From NCBI GenBank assembly GCA_036725105.1, contig DAIMET010000001.1, positions 37,308 through 101,307 on the forward strand: a stretch of DNA of 64,000 bases. Direction: 5' to 3'. This DNA is from Calditrichota bacterium (GTDB taxonomy: Bacteria > Caldisericota > Caldisericia > UBA6126). Below the pieces are notes generated by a model. It was given only the letters and a program-made list of their open reading frames with translations. It did not search any database and was not told the DNA's origin. The position numbers and the translations under genes are program-made. Below are positions 49,058-58,931 of this stretch, one piece after another. Within the stretch, counting starts at the first letter, position 1. Each line of letters begins with the position of its first letter.

Positions 49058-51549
49058 ATATACTCCTGATCGGCATAATCAATTTGTAGAGTATCGTTTT
49101 CACTCATTTTGTTTTGTATGTAGAAGGAAGAAACCATATCCGCTACTCGCTTTTGCAATACTCGTTTCAATGGTCTTGCACCATATTCTACACTATATCC
49201 TTCAACTGCAAACTGCTTCTTGGCCTGTTCTGTAACATCTAAAAGAAGTTTCATCTCTTGTAAGTCATCTTGAATACGGTGCAAGAGAATCTCAATAATG
49301 TACAACAAATGCTCTTGTGAGAGGGTATTAAAAACAATCACTTCATCAAGACGGTTAAGCAGCTCTGGTCGAAAATAATGCTTTAGTTTCTCAAATAAGG
49401 TAGTAGATAGTTGCTCTCCAAGATGAATATCGTGTGCATCTTCTGGGGTTTCTTGATCTGAAAATCCCAATCGAAGAACCCCTTCGTTGGAATGATGAAC
49501 AATATTAGAAGTCAAAACAACAATGCAATTTGAGGCATTGATAGTAGTGCCCTTGGCATCGGTCAGACGTCCTTCATCAAAGAGCTGTAACCAAATATTG
49601 AAAATATCAGGATGGGCTTTCTCGATCTCGTCAAATAGAAGGATAGAGTAAGGTTTCTTTTTAACAGATTCTGTTAATTGCCCTCCTTCTTCGTAGCCAA
49701 TGTAACCGGGAGGGGCCCCAATCAACCTTGAAACAGCATGTTTTTCCATATACTCACTCATATCAAAACGAAGCAAGTGATGTCGAGATCCAAAAAGATA
49801 CTCAGCCAATACTCTTGCAGTCTCTGTTTTGCCTACTCCTGTCGGTCCAAGAAAAAGAAAGACACCCATAGGCTTGTGAGAATCTTGAATTCCAATCCTG
49901 GATCGGCGAAGCGCATTTGCCAAGGTTCGAACAGCAAGATCTTGCCCGATCACTTTTTTTTGTAAATCAGTTTCGATGTGATTTAGCTTTTCTTTTTCTG
50001 ATTCTAAAAGGCTCCCTAAAGGGATTCCAGTCCACTGAGAAACTACTTGTGCAACATCGTCTTTGGATACAGAATATTGATGTGCTTCACTCTTCCATTC
50101 TTCCATTTCGGATTCAAGCTCTTCCTGCAATGAAAAATATTTCTTCTGAAATTCAGTGGGTAGCGACTGTTGTTTTGATTTTAGTTCTGCTGCTTCTGCT
50201 TGCAGCTTATCAAATTGGTGTTTTGCTTCGATTAATGAATCGGGGGGAATTTGATTGCGGTAACAAAAATGCGCGCATGCTTCGTCTAATAAGTCTATTG
50301 CCTGATCGGGCTGGTATCGTCCAGAAACATATTTCGAAGACAAGAACACCGACGCTTCGATTGCTTCTTCGGAGATGTGAATATAATAATGCTTTTCAAA
50401 AGAAGGGCGAATTCCAAGCAATATACGATATGTTTCTTCTGGTGAAGGTTCTTCAATTACAATGGGTTGAAAACTTCGAAACAGAGTAGGTTCTGAATCA
50501 ATTCTTCTGTGGTAGGATTGTGTATCACAGGTAGCAATGATTCGAATTTTCTGACTTTGCAAATAGGAACGTAGTGGACCCATTAACGATGCTGATAACT
50601 CAGATTTCCCATGCCTGATAAGAAACTGAATCTCATCAATAAACAAAATTACATTGCCCTGTTTTTCTAGATAAGCAAACAGGTTTTGGAGTTTTTTCTC
50701 CAGGTCTCCGCGATACTTTGTACCAGAAAGAAAAGAATAAACATCCAGTTTCAAAATACGCTGATTTCGGAAAGCTCCTGGAACCTTCTGATGGACAATA
50801 CGTTGAGCCAGCGATTCAACAATTACTGTTTTACCAACTCCAGGATCTCCAATAAGAAGGGGGTTGTTCTTTTTCTTACGAATCAGAATCTGGAGAATTC
50901 GATCTATTTCCTTTTCTCTACCAATCACAATTTCAAGCTCACCCTTCTCAGCTTGTTTTGTAAGATCTACCATAGCATAATCACCAGGAACATTTTTACT
51001 ATTCACAAGTTCGTCAGAAGAGTCGGTTAAAGAGTCTGGAAAAGGAATGAAAATTGACTCTGAACTCGTTTCCTCAGAAGGAGATCGTACAGATGAAAAG
51101 CTTTTGCGGAAGTGTACTTTTTTTTGCAATAGGGAAGGATCTACATTGCACTCTTGCAAAATTGTTGTAACAGATGTATTGGCATGCAGTAAACACTCCA
51201 GCAATATCTCTGTATCAATTTGCCCTCGAAACTCATCGTGGGTTTTTTGGGCTGCCTTCTCTAATATTTCTTTTACTTCCGAAGAAAGAGCTATTTCGGC
51301 TTCTTTAGAAGAAGCCGAAATAGAAGAATCTCGAAGTTCTTTTTCTTGTACCATGTGGAGTAGTATCTCCACAATATTTTTGATATCGACCGATTGTGCA
51401 ATTAACTCATTGGAAATATCTTCATCCGCATGGAGCAAGCCAATACAAAGGTGTTCGGGGTACAAAAATCGATTTTTCGCACTTTTCGCTTCTTTTCGAG
51501 CAATCGATATGGCTCTTTTAGCTCTACGGGAAAGGATATCCCAATTCAT
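49042..51549 (-). CDS. ClpC-type AAA+ ATPase (ClpP-interacting)
   Basis: Clp_N. D1 GDPGVGKT/ILFIDE. Short middle domain. D2 [21 protein letters not shown] tripeptide (VLRLGFSDQ) at the position of the ClpC VGF ClpP-docking loop, a loop that is absent from the ClpB gene. Confidence 0.85.
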   Translation of the reverse strand: MNWDILSRRAKRAISIARKEAKSAKNRFLYPEHLCIGLLHADEDISNELIAQSVDIKNIVEILLHMVQEKELRDSSISASSKEAEIALSSEVKEILEKAAQKTHDEFRGQIDTEILLECLLHANTSVTTILQECNVDPSLLQKKVHFRKSFSSVRSPSEETSSESIFIPFPDSLTDSSDELVNSKNVPGDYAMVDLTKQAEKGELEIVIGREKEIDRILQILIRKKKNNPLLIGDPGVGKTVIVESLAQRIVHQKVPGAFRNQRILKLDVYSFLSGTKYRGDLEKKLQNLFAYLEKQGNVILFIDEIQFLIRHGKSELSASLMGPLRSYLQSQKIRIIATCDTQSYHRRIDSEPTLFRSFQPIVIEEPSPEETYRILLGIRPSFEKHYYIHISEEAIEASVFLSSKYVSGRYQPDQAIDLLDEACAHFCYRNQIPPDSLIEAKHQFDKLQAEAAELKSKQQSLPTEFQKKYFSLQEELESEMEEWKSEAHQYSVSKDDVAQVVSQWTGIPLGSLLESEKEKLNHIETDLQKKVIGQDLAVRTLANALRRSRIGIQDSHKPMGVFLFLGPTGVGKTETARVLAEYLFGSRHHLLRFDMSEYMEKHAVSRLIGAPPGYIGYEEGGQLTESVKKKPYSILLFDEIEKAHPDIFNIWLQLFDEGRLTDAKGTTINASNCIVVLTSNIVHHSNEGVLRLGFSDQETPEDAHDIHLGEQLSTTLFEKLKHYFRPELLNRLDEVIVFNTLSQEHLLYIIEILLHRIQDDLQEMKLLLDVTEQAKKQFAVEGYSVEYGARPLKRVLQKRVADMVSSFYIQNKMSENDTLQIDYADQEYIYTVL

Positions 51550-52277
51550 TATCCGTTCTTTCTTACTTCCTCTAAAACAGCTGTGACTCGTTGAGTCATA
51601 TCTTCTAGATATCCACTTTGGTAGTAAACCACTTCTCCAGATGGAGAAACAAGAAGGTAGAAGGGAAATCCTTGTACACCAAACATTTGTGTGATGCTTC
51701 CATCTTTATCCAACACCAATGGATATTCTGGACCATTAGGATAATGAGCTCGAATATCTTGTTCGGTTTCTTGCACATCAATAGCTAAAACACGAAAATC
51801 ATCGGGGTGTTTTTCCATTAATTCCAGTATGGATGGTTTCTGAACTTCACACCAGCGACACCAAGTAGTGGTAAAATCAATCAATACAAACTTTCCTTGA
51901 AAATCTGACAAAGAGACTGGGTTTTGGTCAAGATCAGGTAAAGTGAATTCTGGAACAACCTGTCGATTTCCTTTGGGAATGAATTCCTGGGGTAACTTAG
52001 CAAGAGCTTGCGAGTTTACAAAATCTTCTGGTTTGTTAGGTTGAGTTGGATCATCTTTTTCTACATCTGTCGTTACCGAAGTAACATCCTTATTAGAATT
52101 GGTTTCTACATTACTACTGCGCGTATGGCGAACAACAAAAAACACTGCGACGATAAATACAACCAGCAGCAGCACGATCCAAAGCAAGGAACTACTTCTA
52201 TTTTCTTTTTTATTCATAACACACCTTTCCGGTTCATACGATTTCAGTGAGTAAGAACAAATTTTTCTCACGATCAT
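51549..52277 (-). CDS. membrane-anchored thioredoxin-like (TlpA/ResA family) protein with WCRWC motif
   Basis: N-terminal TM helix, linker, thioredoxin fold FVLIDFTTTWCRWC. Stop overlaps the ClpC-type ATG (TAATG). Confidence 0.6.
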   Translation of the reverse strand: MIVRKICSYSLKSYEPERCVMNKKENRSSSLLWIVLLLVVFIVAVFFVVRHTRSSNVETNSNKDVTSVTTDVEKDDPTQPNKPEDFVNSQALAKLPQEFIPKGNRQVVPEFTLPDLDQNPVSLSDFQGKFVLIDFTTTWCRWCEVQKPSILELMEKHPDDFRVLAIDVQETEQDIRAHYPNGPEYPLVLDKDGSITQMFGVQGFPFYLLVSPSGEVVYYQSGYLEDMTQRVTAVLEEVRKNG

Positions 52278-52327
52278 ATTTTTGTATAATATTGTAACGA
52301 TTTTCTGGATCTTCTAAAGAGGTAAAC

Positions 52328-52825
52328 ATGAAAATGATATGGGCTACTTGGCGAAAAAAATATATACAAAATGAAACAAATTTGCCAGGTTGCATTTTTT
52401 GTTCAATTGCAAGCGACACTAGTTCCGATGATGACAACCTGGTACTTTATCGGGGGAAATATAATTACATTGTCATGAATCTCTACCCATACACTTCCGG
52501 TCACACTTTAATCATTCCATATCGTCACATAGCAGATTATCGAGATCTACACCAAGAAGAGCTACTAGAAATGTGTCAATTGGAACAAAAAATGATTACA
52601 TGGTTACAAAACGCATTCCATCCACAAGGGTTTAACTTGGGAATGAATTTAAGTCGAATAGCAGGTGCGGGTATTGATTCTCATATCCATCGCCACATTG
52701 TCCCCAGGTGGAAAGGAGATTCAAATTTCATGACCACCATTGCTGAAGTTCGCGTAATGTCAATTTCTCTGCGCGATGCATACAATCAGATTAAACAACA
52801 AATTTTGGAGGACTCACATGAATAG
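52328..52825 (+). CDS. HIT-family protein
   Basis: CIFCSI zinc CxxC and histidine triad HIHRHIVPR. Confidence 0.75.
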   Translation: MKMIWATWRKKYIQNETNLPGCIFCSIASDTSSDDDNLVLYRGKYNYIVMNLYPYTSGHTLIIPYRHIADYRDLHQEELLEMCQLEQKMITWLQNAFHPQGFNLGMNLSRIAGAGIDSHIHRHIVPRWKGDSNFMTTIAEVRVMSISLRDAYNQIKQQILEDSHE

Positions 52826-53351
52826 AAAGACTGGTATTCTTCTTATCATACTATGTATTGTCTCCAGTGCTTGCATATCCTGTTCAAAAAAAGAAACGGT
52901 CAACTGGAAAACATACTCCCATTCTCTTTTTTCTTTTCAATATCCCTCGGAATGGGTCATGGAAGAACATGAATCAAACATAACAGTAGTCGGACCCCAA
53001 ATAGACGGCTATTTCATCAATATGAAAGTAGATTACAACAACCAAATTGGATTTACGTTGGAAGAATTTATGGAAACAGTAGAATCTCAGAATCAATTAG
53101 AGATGTTACCAGATTATATCGATGGGGGTGTCAAACCCATCAAAATCGATAACGTCGAAGGATTTCAGCGTGAACTCCAAACATCAGTAACAACAGAGGA
53201 TACCAAGCAGACATTGTTTGTCACCCTCACTTATTTTGTCTTTCAACCCTCCACAGGACTCGTGATTACAACAGAATGTCCCGTGGAATCGTATATGTCG
53301 TATAAAAAAACATTTGAAACAATGCTAAATTCCTTTTCTTTGGGTGGTTAA
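52818..53351 (+). CDS. hypothetical lipoprotein
   Basis: Start at MNRKTGILLIILCIVSSAC (GGAGGA RBS). Lipobox-like SSAC. Confidence 0.45.
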   Translation: MNRKTGILLIILCIVSSACISCSKKETVNWKTYSHSLFSFQYPSEWVMEEHESNITVVGPQIDGYFINMKVDYNNQIGFTLEEFMETVESQNQLEMLPDYIDGGVKPIKIDNVEGFQRELQTSVTTEDTKQTLFVTLTYFVFQPSTGLVITTECPVESYMSYKKTFETMLNSFSLGG

Positions 53352-53352
53352 T

Positions 53353-54579
53353 ATGAAAAAAGTCCTTTCCATTGTCGTAGCAACCTTATTCGTTTTTGCC
53401 ATCACTCCGCTTTTTGCTTCTCAGCAAATCGGATCCAATGAACGAAACTACCTATATCTAAAACACTCCTCTGGCCAGGAAATCCGAATTTTCGAAAGTG
53501 GGGGAAACTATTTCCAAGACTTCCCATTACCCGCAGGCATTACCGTCAGCGAGATGGGTATATGCCCTTGCGGTGGGCACATGATTGCTTGGGATGAAAA
53601 AAAGCAGAAACTATACCATATTGACGATGAAACAGGATCGATCGAATGGACGATTGCCATATCGTTTAAAGTTGGATCTATCACCGTCTCAAAGCATAAA
53701 ACTCGCTATGTAGGTGTGACAAACAAATCAGATCAGTCCATTAATCTGTATTCCGAAAAAGGGGGGTGGATTCGAACGATTCAGAGCGATGGCAGGTGGA
53801 AAGAAGCTACCAAGATTTTTCTAGACGATTGGAATCATCTATGGGTGATCGATAAAGTGGGTGGAAAAGTGTATTTTTTAACCGAAAAAGGAGTTACTAA
53901 AAAAGAAACTTCTTCCTCTTCCTCACTCCCCCTTACTCAAATTGTATCTCTAAGTTCAGATCGATCGGGATATATGTATGTTTTAAATACCAACAATACC
54001 TTGTATATTTTTGATCGGGCAGGTGCTTATGTAAAAAATCTAGTAGTGAAAAATGCTCCTTCCTATTCAAGTGATATTGCCATTGATCCAGCACTCAATT
54101 ACATCTATCTTTTGCACACCAATGGAGCGTGCAGCAGAGTAAATCGCGAAGGAGTGATTCAATATACTATTCATAGACCTTTCCAAGAAACCAAAAAGGA
54201 CATTATTCAACTTCAGATTGGTAGTCGTCTCCTTATCCATTATGGAGGTCAACCAGCTATTTTAGATTTTGCACCTTTTATTGATAGTACAACAAACAGA
54301 ACCTATGTTCCCATACGAGCAATTACAGAATCTTTTGGAGCAAAAGTACAATGGAATAGTCAAAGCCAGACAGTCACTATTGATCTGGACAATACTCGAA
54401 TAGAGTTGCAAATTGGCAGTACTTCTGCAAAAGTAAACGGAAAAAACCTATATTTAGAAGCACCACCTACTATTGTGAATAGCAGAACATTTGTACCCTT
54501 ACGTTTCATATCCGAATCTTTGGGAGCAAAAGTTCAATGGTTCCCCGAAGATCGTGTGATTAAAATAGTCCGATCGTAA
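53353..54579 (+). CDS. secreted beta-propeller-like protein with two C-terminal CAO-N-like wall-binding repeats
   Basis: Signal peptide. Repeated beta-strand-rich segments. C-terminal STTNRTYVPIRAITESFGAKVQW and NSRTFVPLRFISESLGAKVQW. Confidence 0.5.
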   Translation: MKKVLSIVVATLFVFAITPLFASQQIGSNERNYLYLKHSSGQEIRIFESGGNYFQDFPLPAGITVSEMGICPCGGHMIAWDEKKQKLYHIDDETGSIEWTIAISFKVGSITVSKHKTRYVGVTNKSDQSINLYSEKGGWIRTIQSDGRWKEATKIFLDDWNHLWVIDKVGGKVYFLTEKGVTKKETSSSSSLPLTQIVSLSSDRSGYMYVLNTNNTLYIFDRAGAYVKNLVVKNAPSYSSDIAIDPALNYIYLLHTNGACSRVNREGVIQYTIHRPFQETKKDIIQLQIGSRLLIHYGGQPAILDFAPFIDSTTNRTYVPIRAITESFGAKVQWNSQSQTVTIDLDNTRIELQIGSTSAKVNGKNLYLEAPPTIVNSRTFVPLRFISESLGAKVQWFPEDRVIKIVRS

Positions 54580-54594
54580 AGGGAAAAGGGGCTG

Positions 54595-55497
54595 CTATTT
54601 TGTAATGACTGGTGGGAAAATCGCCTCAACTTCGTTGTAAGAGTCAATCAAAATAATGCAGTATTGATGGTTGCTTTTTTGTGGATGATACGACACAATT
54701 TTTTTGATTTGCCCTTTCCAAGGACCTTCCTGAAGAACATATACCTTCATAGATCGAGTAAAACCTGACTCTTCTTCTTTATATTCTACGTTGTAAAGTC
54801 TTGTTTGCTCATCCCCGATCTGAACTATTTCTCCGGTGTCTTCGTACTGAGTTTGCTGGTCCTTATAGAAAGAACTGGCAATGTCCATTTCTTCTTGAAA
54901 CACCTGGTCAAATCGAACCATTGAATATCCCGGATCAATCGTTTCATTCCAATTCCCATATACATCTCTAGACCAGCCCGTCAAACCAATCTGGATAATT
55001 TCAATATCGGATCTTTTCCCATCCAAGCCAATCTCATACCCTTTGATATGAACTGACTGCTCAACAGGTATTGATTCTACTTCTGCGGATTGCAAAATAT
55101 CTTCTTCTGAATTCCCAATATCAATGCGGTAGCGTATGGTATATGGCTCGTTTATCTCACTCTCAAGCATACCCAGTGGGTGTAAAGATTCCAGGAAAAA
55201 ATCTCTGTAATTAACCCCTTTATCCAGCAAAAGGTCGTCTTGGAAATGCTTCCATCGCTTTCCACCTTCTATTTCAACATGTACCGGGTTTTGTTTGATG
55301 CTGCTTATCGAATATGCCCCCTCTGCATTCGTTGTCACCTCTATATTAGAATCAAAGACAATGGGGATATTGGGTAAAGGATTTCCTTGATAGGATTCAT
55401 ACACATAACCTTGTATCTGGTATGATGTTGAACAACCGACAAAGAGAAAAAGAAAACAGAACAGTGAAAGATAGAAAAAGTTTTGCTTCTTATTCAA
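54595..55497 (-). CDS. hypothetical lipoprotein
   Basis: Lipobox LFVGCS. N-terminal Ig/CarboxypepD_reg-like segment (IQGYVYESYQGNPLPNIPIVFDSNIEVTTNAEGAYSI). Confidence 0.4.
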   Translation of the reverse strand: MNKKQNFFYLSLFCFLFLFVGCSTSYQIQGYVYESYQGNPLPNIPIVFDSNIEVTTNAEGAYSISSIKQNPVHVEIEGGKRWKHFQDDLLLDKGVNYRDFFLESLHPLGMLESEINEPYTIRYRIDIGNSEEDILQSAEVESIPVEQSVHIKGYEIGLDGKRSDIEIIQIGLTGWSRDVYGNWNETIDPGYSMVRFDQVFQEEMDIASSFYKDQQTQYEDTGEIVQIGDEQTRLYNVEYKEEESGFTRSMKVYVLQEGPWKGQIKKIVSYHPQKSNHQYCIILIDSYNEVEAIFPPVITK

Positions 55498-55564
55498 GGG
55501 TATACCTCATTTTTGTACCTATTGTATAGGTGCAACCGAGGATGTCAATAGAAACGATTACTCT

Positions 55565-56218
55565 TTATTGTTTCTGATGCTTTACTTCCGTACCCTTATG
55601 AATAAAAATCGCAGATTCAGAAATATTGGTAGCATGATCGCCAATACGTTCTAGATGACGGCTAATGAGTAAATAATGAACACACAGTGAGGCATTGTTG
55701 GGTTCTTTGTTTATCTGCTCAACAGAATCCTTAAAGATTCTTCCATTCAAATCATCTACAACTTGATCTTGACGAAGAACATAGTATGCAAGTTCCATAT
55801 TCCCCTGAATGAAAGCTTCTGCTGCACCAGAGAGCATGTTTTTTACACGTTGAAACAATGTGTCAATTCCAAACAAATCACAGGTGTGAGGTTCAATTTC
55901 TGATGTAGTCCGTACAATGTTGCAGCACAAATCACCAATTCTTTCTACATCATTCACAGCACGAAGAATACCAATAACTTTACGCAAATCATTTGCTTCG
56001 GGAGCATGAAGAGCAAGAAGTTCTAGTCCTTTTTGTTCAATGCTCAGTTCATATGTGTTCATGGTTGCATCAGAGCGGAGAATATTCTCCATCATTTCAG
56101 GTTGAAAATGAAGAAAATAATCTTCAGACTCTCTTAAAACTTCTATCGATAAATGGATCATCTTCGAAATATCTTCCTGAAGAGAGGATAGATATTGTTC
56201 TTTCGTCATTGTCGTCAT
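55565..56218 (-). CDS. phoU: phosphate signalling complex protein PhoU
   Basis: Two PhoU repeats with ERIGDLCCNI and ERIGDHATNISE motifs. Confidence 0.85.
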   Translation of the reverse strand: MTTMTKEQYLSSLQEDISKMIHLSIEVLRESEDYFLHFQPEMMENILRSDATMNTYELSIEQKGLELLALHAPEANDLRKVIGILRAVNDVERIGDLCCNIVRTTSEIEPHTCDLFGIDTLFQRVKNMLSGAAEAFIQGNMELAYYVLRQDQVVDDLNGRIFKDSVEQINKEPNNASLCVHYLLISRHLERIGDHATNISESAIFIHKGTEVKHQKQ

Positions 56219-56307
56219 ATTAAGTACTCCAATCGATTCATGAATGATTTCATTATAGTGAAGTTATGTTAAGAAACGATAAAAACAATATTAAATCTAT
56301 ATAAAAT

Positions 56308-57678
56308 TTAGAGTTCTGAAGAAGGAAACTGTAAATGGAAAGTAGATCCTACTCCTGGCTTACTATCAACACTTACTGATCCTTGGTGTAAAAGCATAAT
56401 ATGCTTCACAATCGAAAGTCCCAGGCCAGATCCAGAAGAAAGATCTCCAGAATGCGACTTATCCAATCTATAAAACCGTTCAAATATTCTCTCTTTTTCA
56501 TGGGCTGGAATACCATATCCCTGGTCTTGTATTTGGATATGAATGGTATGGGAAATCTTCTGCGCAATCATTTCCACCTTTGTTTGCGAGGGAGAGTAGC
56601 GAATTGCATTTTCGATTAAATTTCGAAAAACCTGCAGTAGCAAAGAAGGATTTCCCTTCAATTGGAGTGTCTGAGGATCAATGTTTAGTATCAGTTGAAT
56701 CTCCTTTTGTTGTGCTTCGCTACGACAAATATTGATCGCTTCCTCCAATAGATCCTTCAGTACAAAAGATTCCTTGCTTAACTGATGGACATTTTCTAAT
56801 CGAGAAAGAATGAGAAGATCCTGAATAATGGTGGACATTTTTTGAGCATTCTTCTCAATGATTTTTAAATACTTCGTCTGTTTTTCTGGCGATAAGGATT
56901 CTGTAGTCAGTGTCTCCGAAAATCCCATAATAGCTGCAATAGGACTTTTCAATTCATGGGACACGTTGGATACAAATTCGGTTCGAACTTTTTCCAGTTT
57001 CCGCAAATGTGTCAAGTCTTGCAATATAAGAAGATATTCTGCTTTGTCTTTTTGAATGATAAAATTTGAAAGAGGAAGCACTTTGTAAAACAAGTATTTT
57101 GGAGTCTCAGGATGTAACTCAAACTCACCTTCTGCAGGTTGTTGGGTGTCAATTACTTGATCGATCTGTTCGTTGAGACGATAGCTTGTTAGTACTTCCC
57201 ATGTATATTTTTCAAGGAGCAAAACAGGATCATTCAGCATTTTTTCAAAAGCTTGATTGGTAAACACAATCTTTCTCTCTTGATTAAAAATCAACACTCC
57301 TTCTGTAAGCTGATTCATCAAGGATAATGTAAACTGATTGGTCATTTTTAAATGATGAATTGTGCTCTCATAATGATCAATGATTTTTTTCCAGCTTTCA
57401 ATCAGATCAATTCTCTCAAAGCTGGTAATACTCCGCACATGTGTGGTAAAAAAACGCTCCACAATTTGCCAGTAGGACAAAGCAAATAAAATCGAAAAGA
57501 TGCAGCAGATCAAAAGTCCAGGAAGAAAAAAGGTATAGAAAAATGAGAATTGTATTTTGTCGTAGTGAGTTGCAAAAACCAGTAAATAGGTGGCTAAAAA
57601 CGTAGCTAGCGAAGATAGGAACGTATAGAGAATCAGCTTATGTTTCATGATTGGGGGGTTCAATTTTATAACCCACAC
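56308..57678 (-). CDS. phoR: sensor histidine kinase (PhoR-like)
   Basis: Two N-terminal TM helices. PAS-like segment. H-box HELKSPIAAI. N, G1, G2 boxes (GSGLGLSIVK). Confidence 0.75.
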   Translation of the reverse strand: MWVIKLNPPIMKHKLILYTFLSSLATFLATYLLVFATHYDKIQFSFFYTFFLPGLLICCIFSILFALSYWQIVERFFTTHVRSITSFERIDLIESWKKIIDHYESTIHHLKMTNQFTLSLMNQLTEGVLIFNQERKIVFTNQAFEKMLNDPVLLLEKYTWEVLTSYRLNEQIDQVIDTQQPAEGEFELHPETPKYLFYKVLPLSNFIIQKDKAEYLLILQDLTHLRKLEKVRTEFVSNVSHELKSPIAAIMGFSETLTTESLSPEKQTKYLKIIEKNAQKMSTIIQDLLILSRLENVHQLSKESFVLKDLLEEAINICRSEAQQKEIQLILNIDPQTLQLKGNPSLLLQVFRNLIENAIRYSPSQTKVEMIAQKISHTIHIQIQDQGYGIPAHEKERIFERFYRLDKSHSGDLSSGSGLGLSIVKHIMLLHQGSVSVDSKPGVGSTFHLQFPSSEL

Positions 57679-58324
57679 CGCGTACAGTGTGAATCAAAGA
57701 CGCTGCAGATTGCAATTTTTTACGCAAGGAAGTGACGTGTACATCCACAGTTCTATGTACAACATACACTTCTTCTTTCCAGGCTCCCTCTAAAATTTGT
57801 TCTCTGGAAAGCACATTGCCAGCATGAGTGGCCAAGAACAACAAAATATCAAACTCCAATTGTGTCAATTCAAGGGGTGTCTGGTGTAACAATACTTCCC
57901 TTCGATTTACATTCACATAAAGGTCTTCTTTGGGCCAGAAAAAATCCACTTTTTTCTGCATGCGAGATAATATTTTTTGGACTCTTGCGATAAACACTTT
58001 TGGGCTGAATGGTTTTGTGATATAGTCTTCAGCTCCGAGTTCTAGTCCTTTTACAATGTCGAAATCTTCACTCTTTGCAGACTCAATAAAAACAGGAATA
58101 TGGGAGAATTTTTGTTCTTTTTTCATGTATTGCAAAATCTCAATCCCGGAAATGTCAGGTAGCATCAAATCCAGTATCACAAGATCGATATGCTGGTTTT
58201 TCAATATTTTTAAAGCCTGAGGTCCTGTTTTGGCAGGCCAAACTGTATGTCCTTCTTTTTCTAAATGAAACTGAATCAGCTCCATTAAATCTTCATTGTC
58301 TTCAGTTAAAAGAATTGAGCTCAT
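57638..58324 (-). CDS. phoB: OmpR/PhoB-family response regulator
   Basis: REC domain (DLVILDLMLPD, K in TKPF) plus winged-helix trans_reg_C (RGVGYKIE). Confidence 0.8.
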   Translation of the reverse strand: MSSILLTEDNEDLMELIQFHLEKEGHTVWPAKTGPQALKILKNQHIDLVILDLMLPDISGIEILQYMKKEQKFSHIPVFIESAKSEDFDIVKGLELGAEDYITKPFSPKVFIARVQKILSRMQKKVDFFWPKEDLYVNVNRREVLLHQTPLELTQLEFDILLFLATHAGNVLSREQILEGAWKEEVYVVHRTVDVHVTSLRKKLQSAASLIHTVRGVGYKIEPPNHET

Positions 58325-58931
58325 TGCATTTCTCCTTCGATAGTTGCAGATCGAAATTTTTCAATTTTTCACAGAATTTTTCAACAGGAAAACCAATGAC
58401 ATTCCATCTACTCCCTTTCACAGAAGAGATGAAATGGGAGGGGATTTCTTGAATTCCATATCCTCCGGCTTTATCAAAGGGACGATAGGTTTGTATGTAG
58501 GAAATCATATCATCTTCAGACAATGGTGTAAATGTTACATAGGTTGTATCTGAAAAACAAAATCTTTGCATTGTGTAACAATCTCGAATGCGGATAATAC
58601 ACACTGCACTTACCACTCGGTGAGTGGTTGCCGACAATTTTTTTAGTATATCCAATGCACTGCTTTCGGTGCTTGGTTTTCCAATAATCTGAGTAGCCGT
58701 AGCAATTGCAGTATCGCAGGAAATAATCCACCCATGTTGAAGGAGTTTGTTTTCGAAAACTGCATTTCCTTTTATCTGTGCATTTTGCTGTGTGAAGAAC
58801 TCTACTTCTTCCGCTCGGTAATGATCTGAAGATAACTCTGAGCAGTTTGACGGGACAGTCTGATATACAGAAAATAATCGGGAAAAAATCTCTTTTCTTC
58901 TACTTGAATTTGAAGCGAGAATGATTTTCAT
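58302..58931 (-). CDS. maf: Maf-like nucleoside triphosphate pyrophosphatase
   Basis: MKIILASNSSRRKEI (ASxSxRR), and D...K typical of Maf. Confidence 0.85.
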   Translation of the reverse strand: MKIILASNSSRRKEIFSRLFSVYQTVPSNCSELSSDHYRAEEVEFFTQQNAQIKGNAVFENKLLQHGWIISCDTAIATATQIIGKPSTESSALDILKKLSATTHRVVSAVCIIRIRDCYTMQRFCFSDTTYVTFTPLSEDDMISYIQTYRPFDKAGGYGIQEIPSHFISSVKGSRWNVIGFPVEKFCEKLKNFDLQLSKEKCNELNSFN

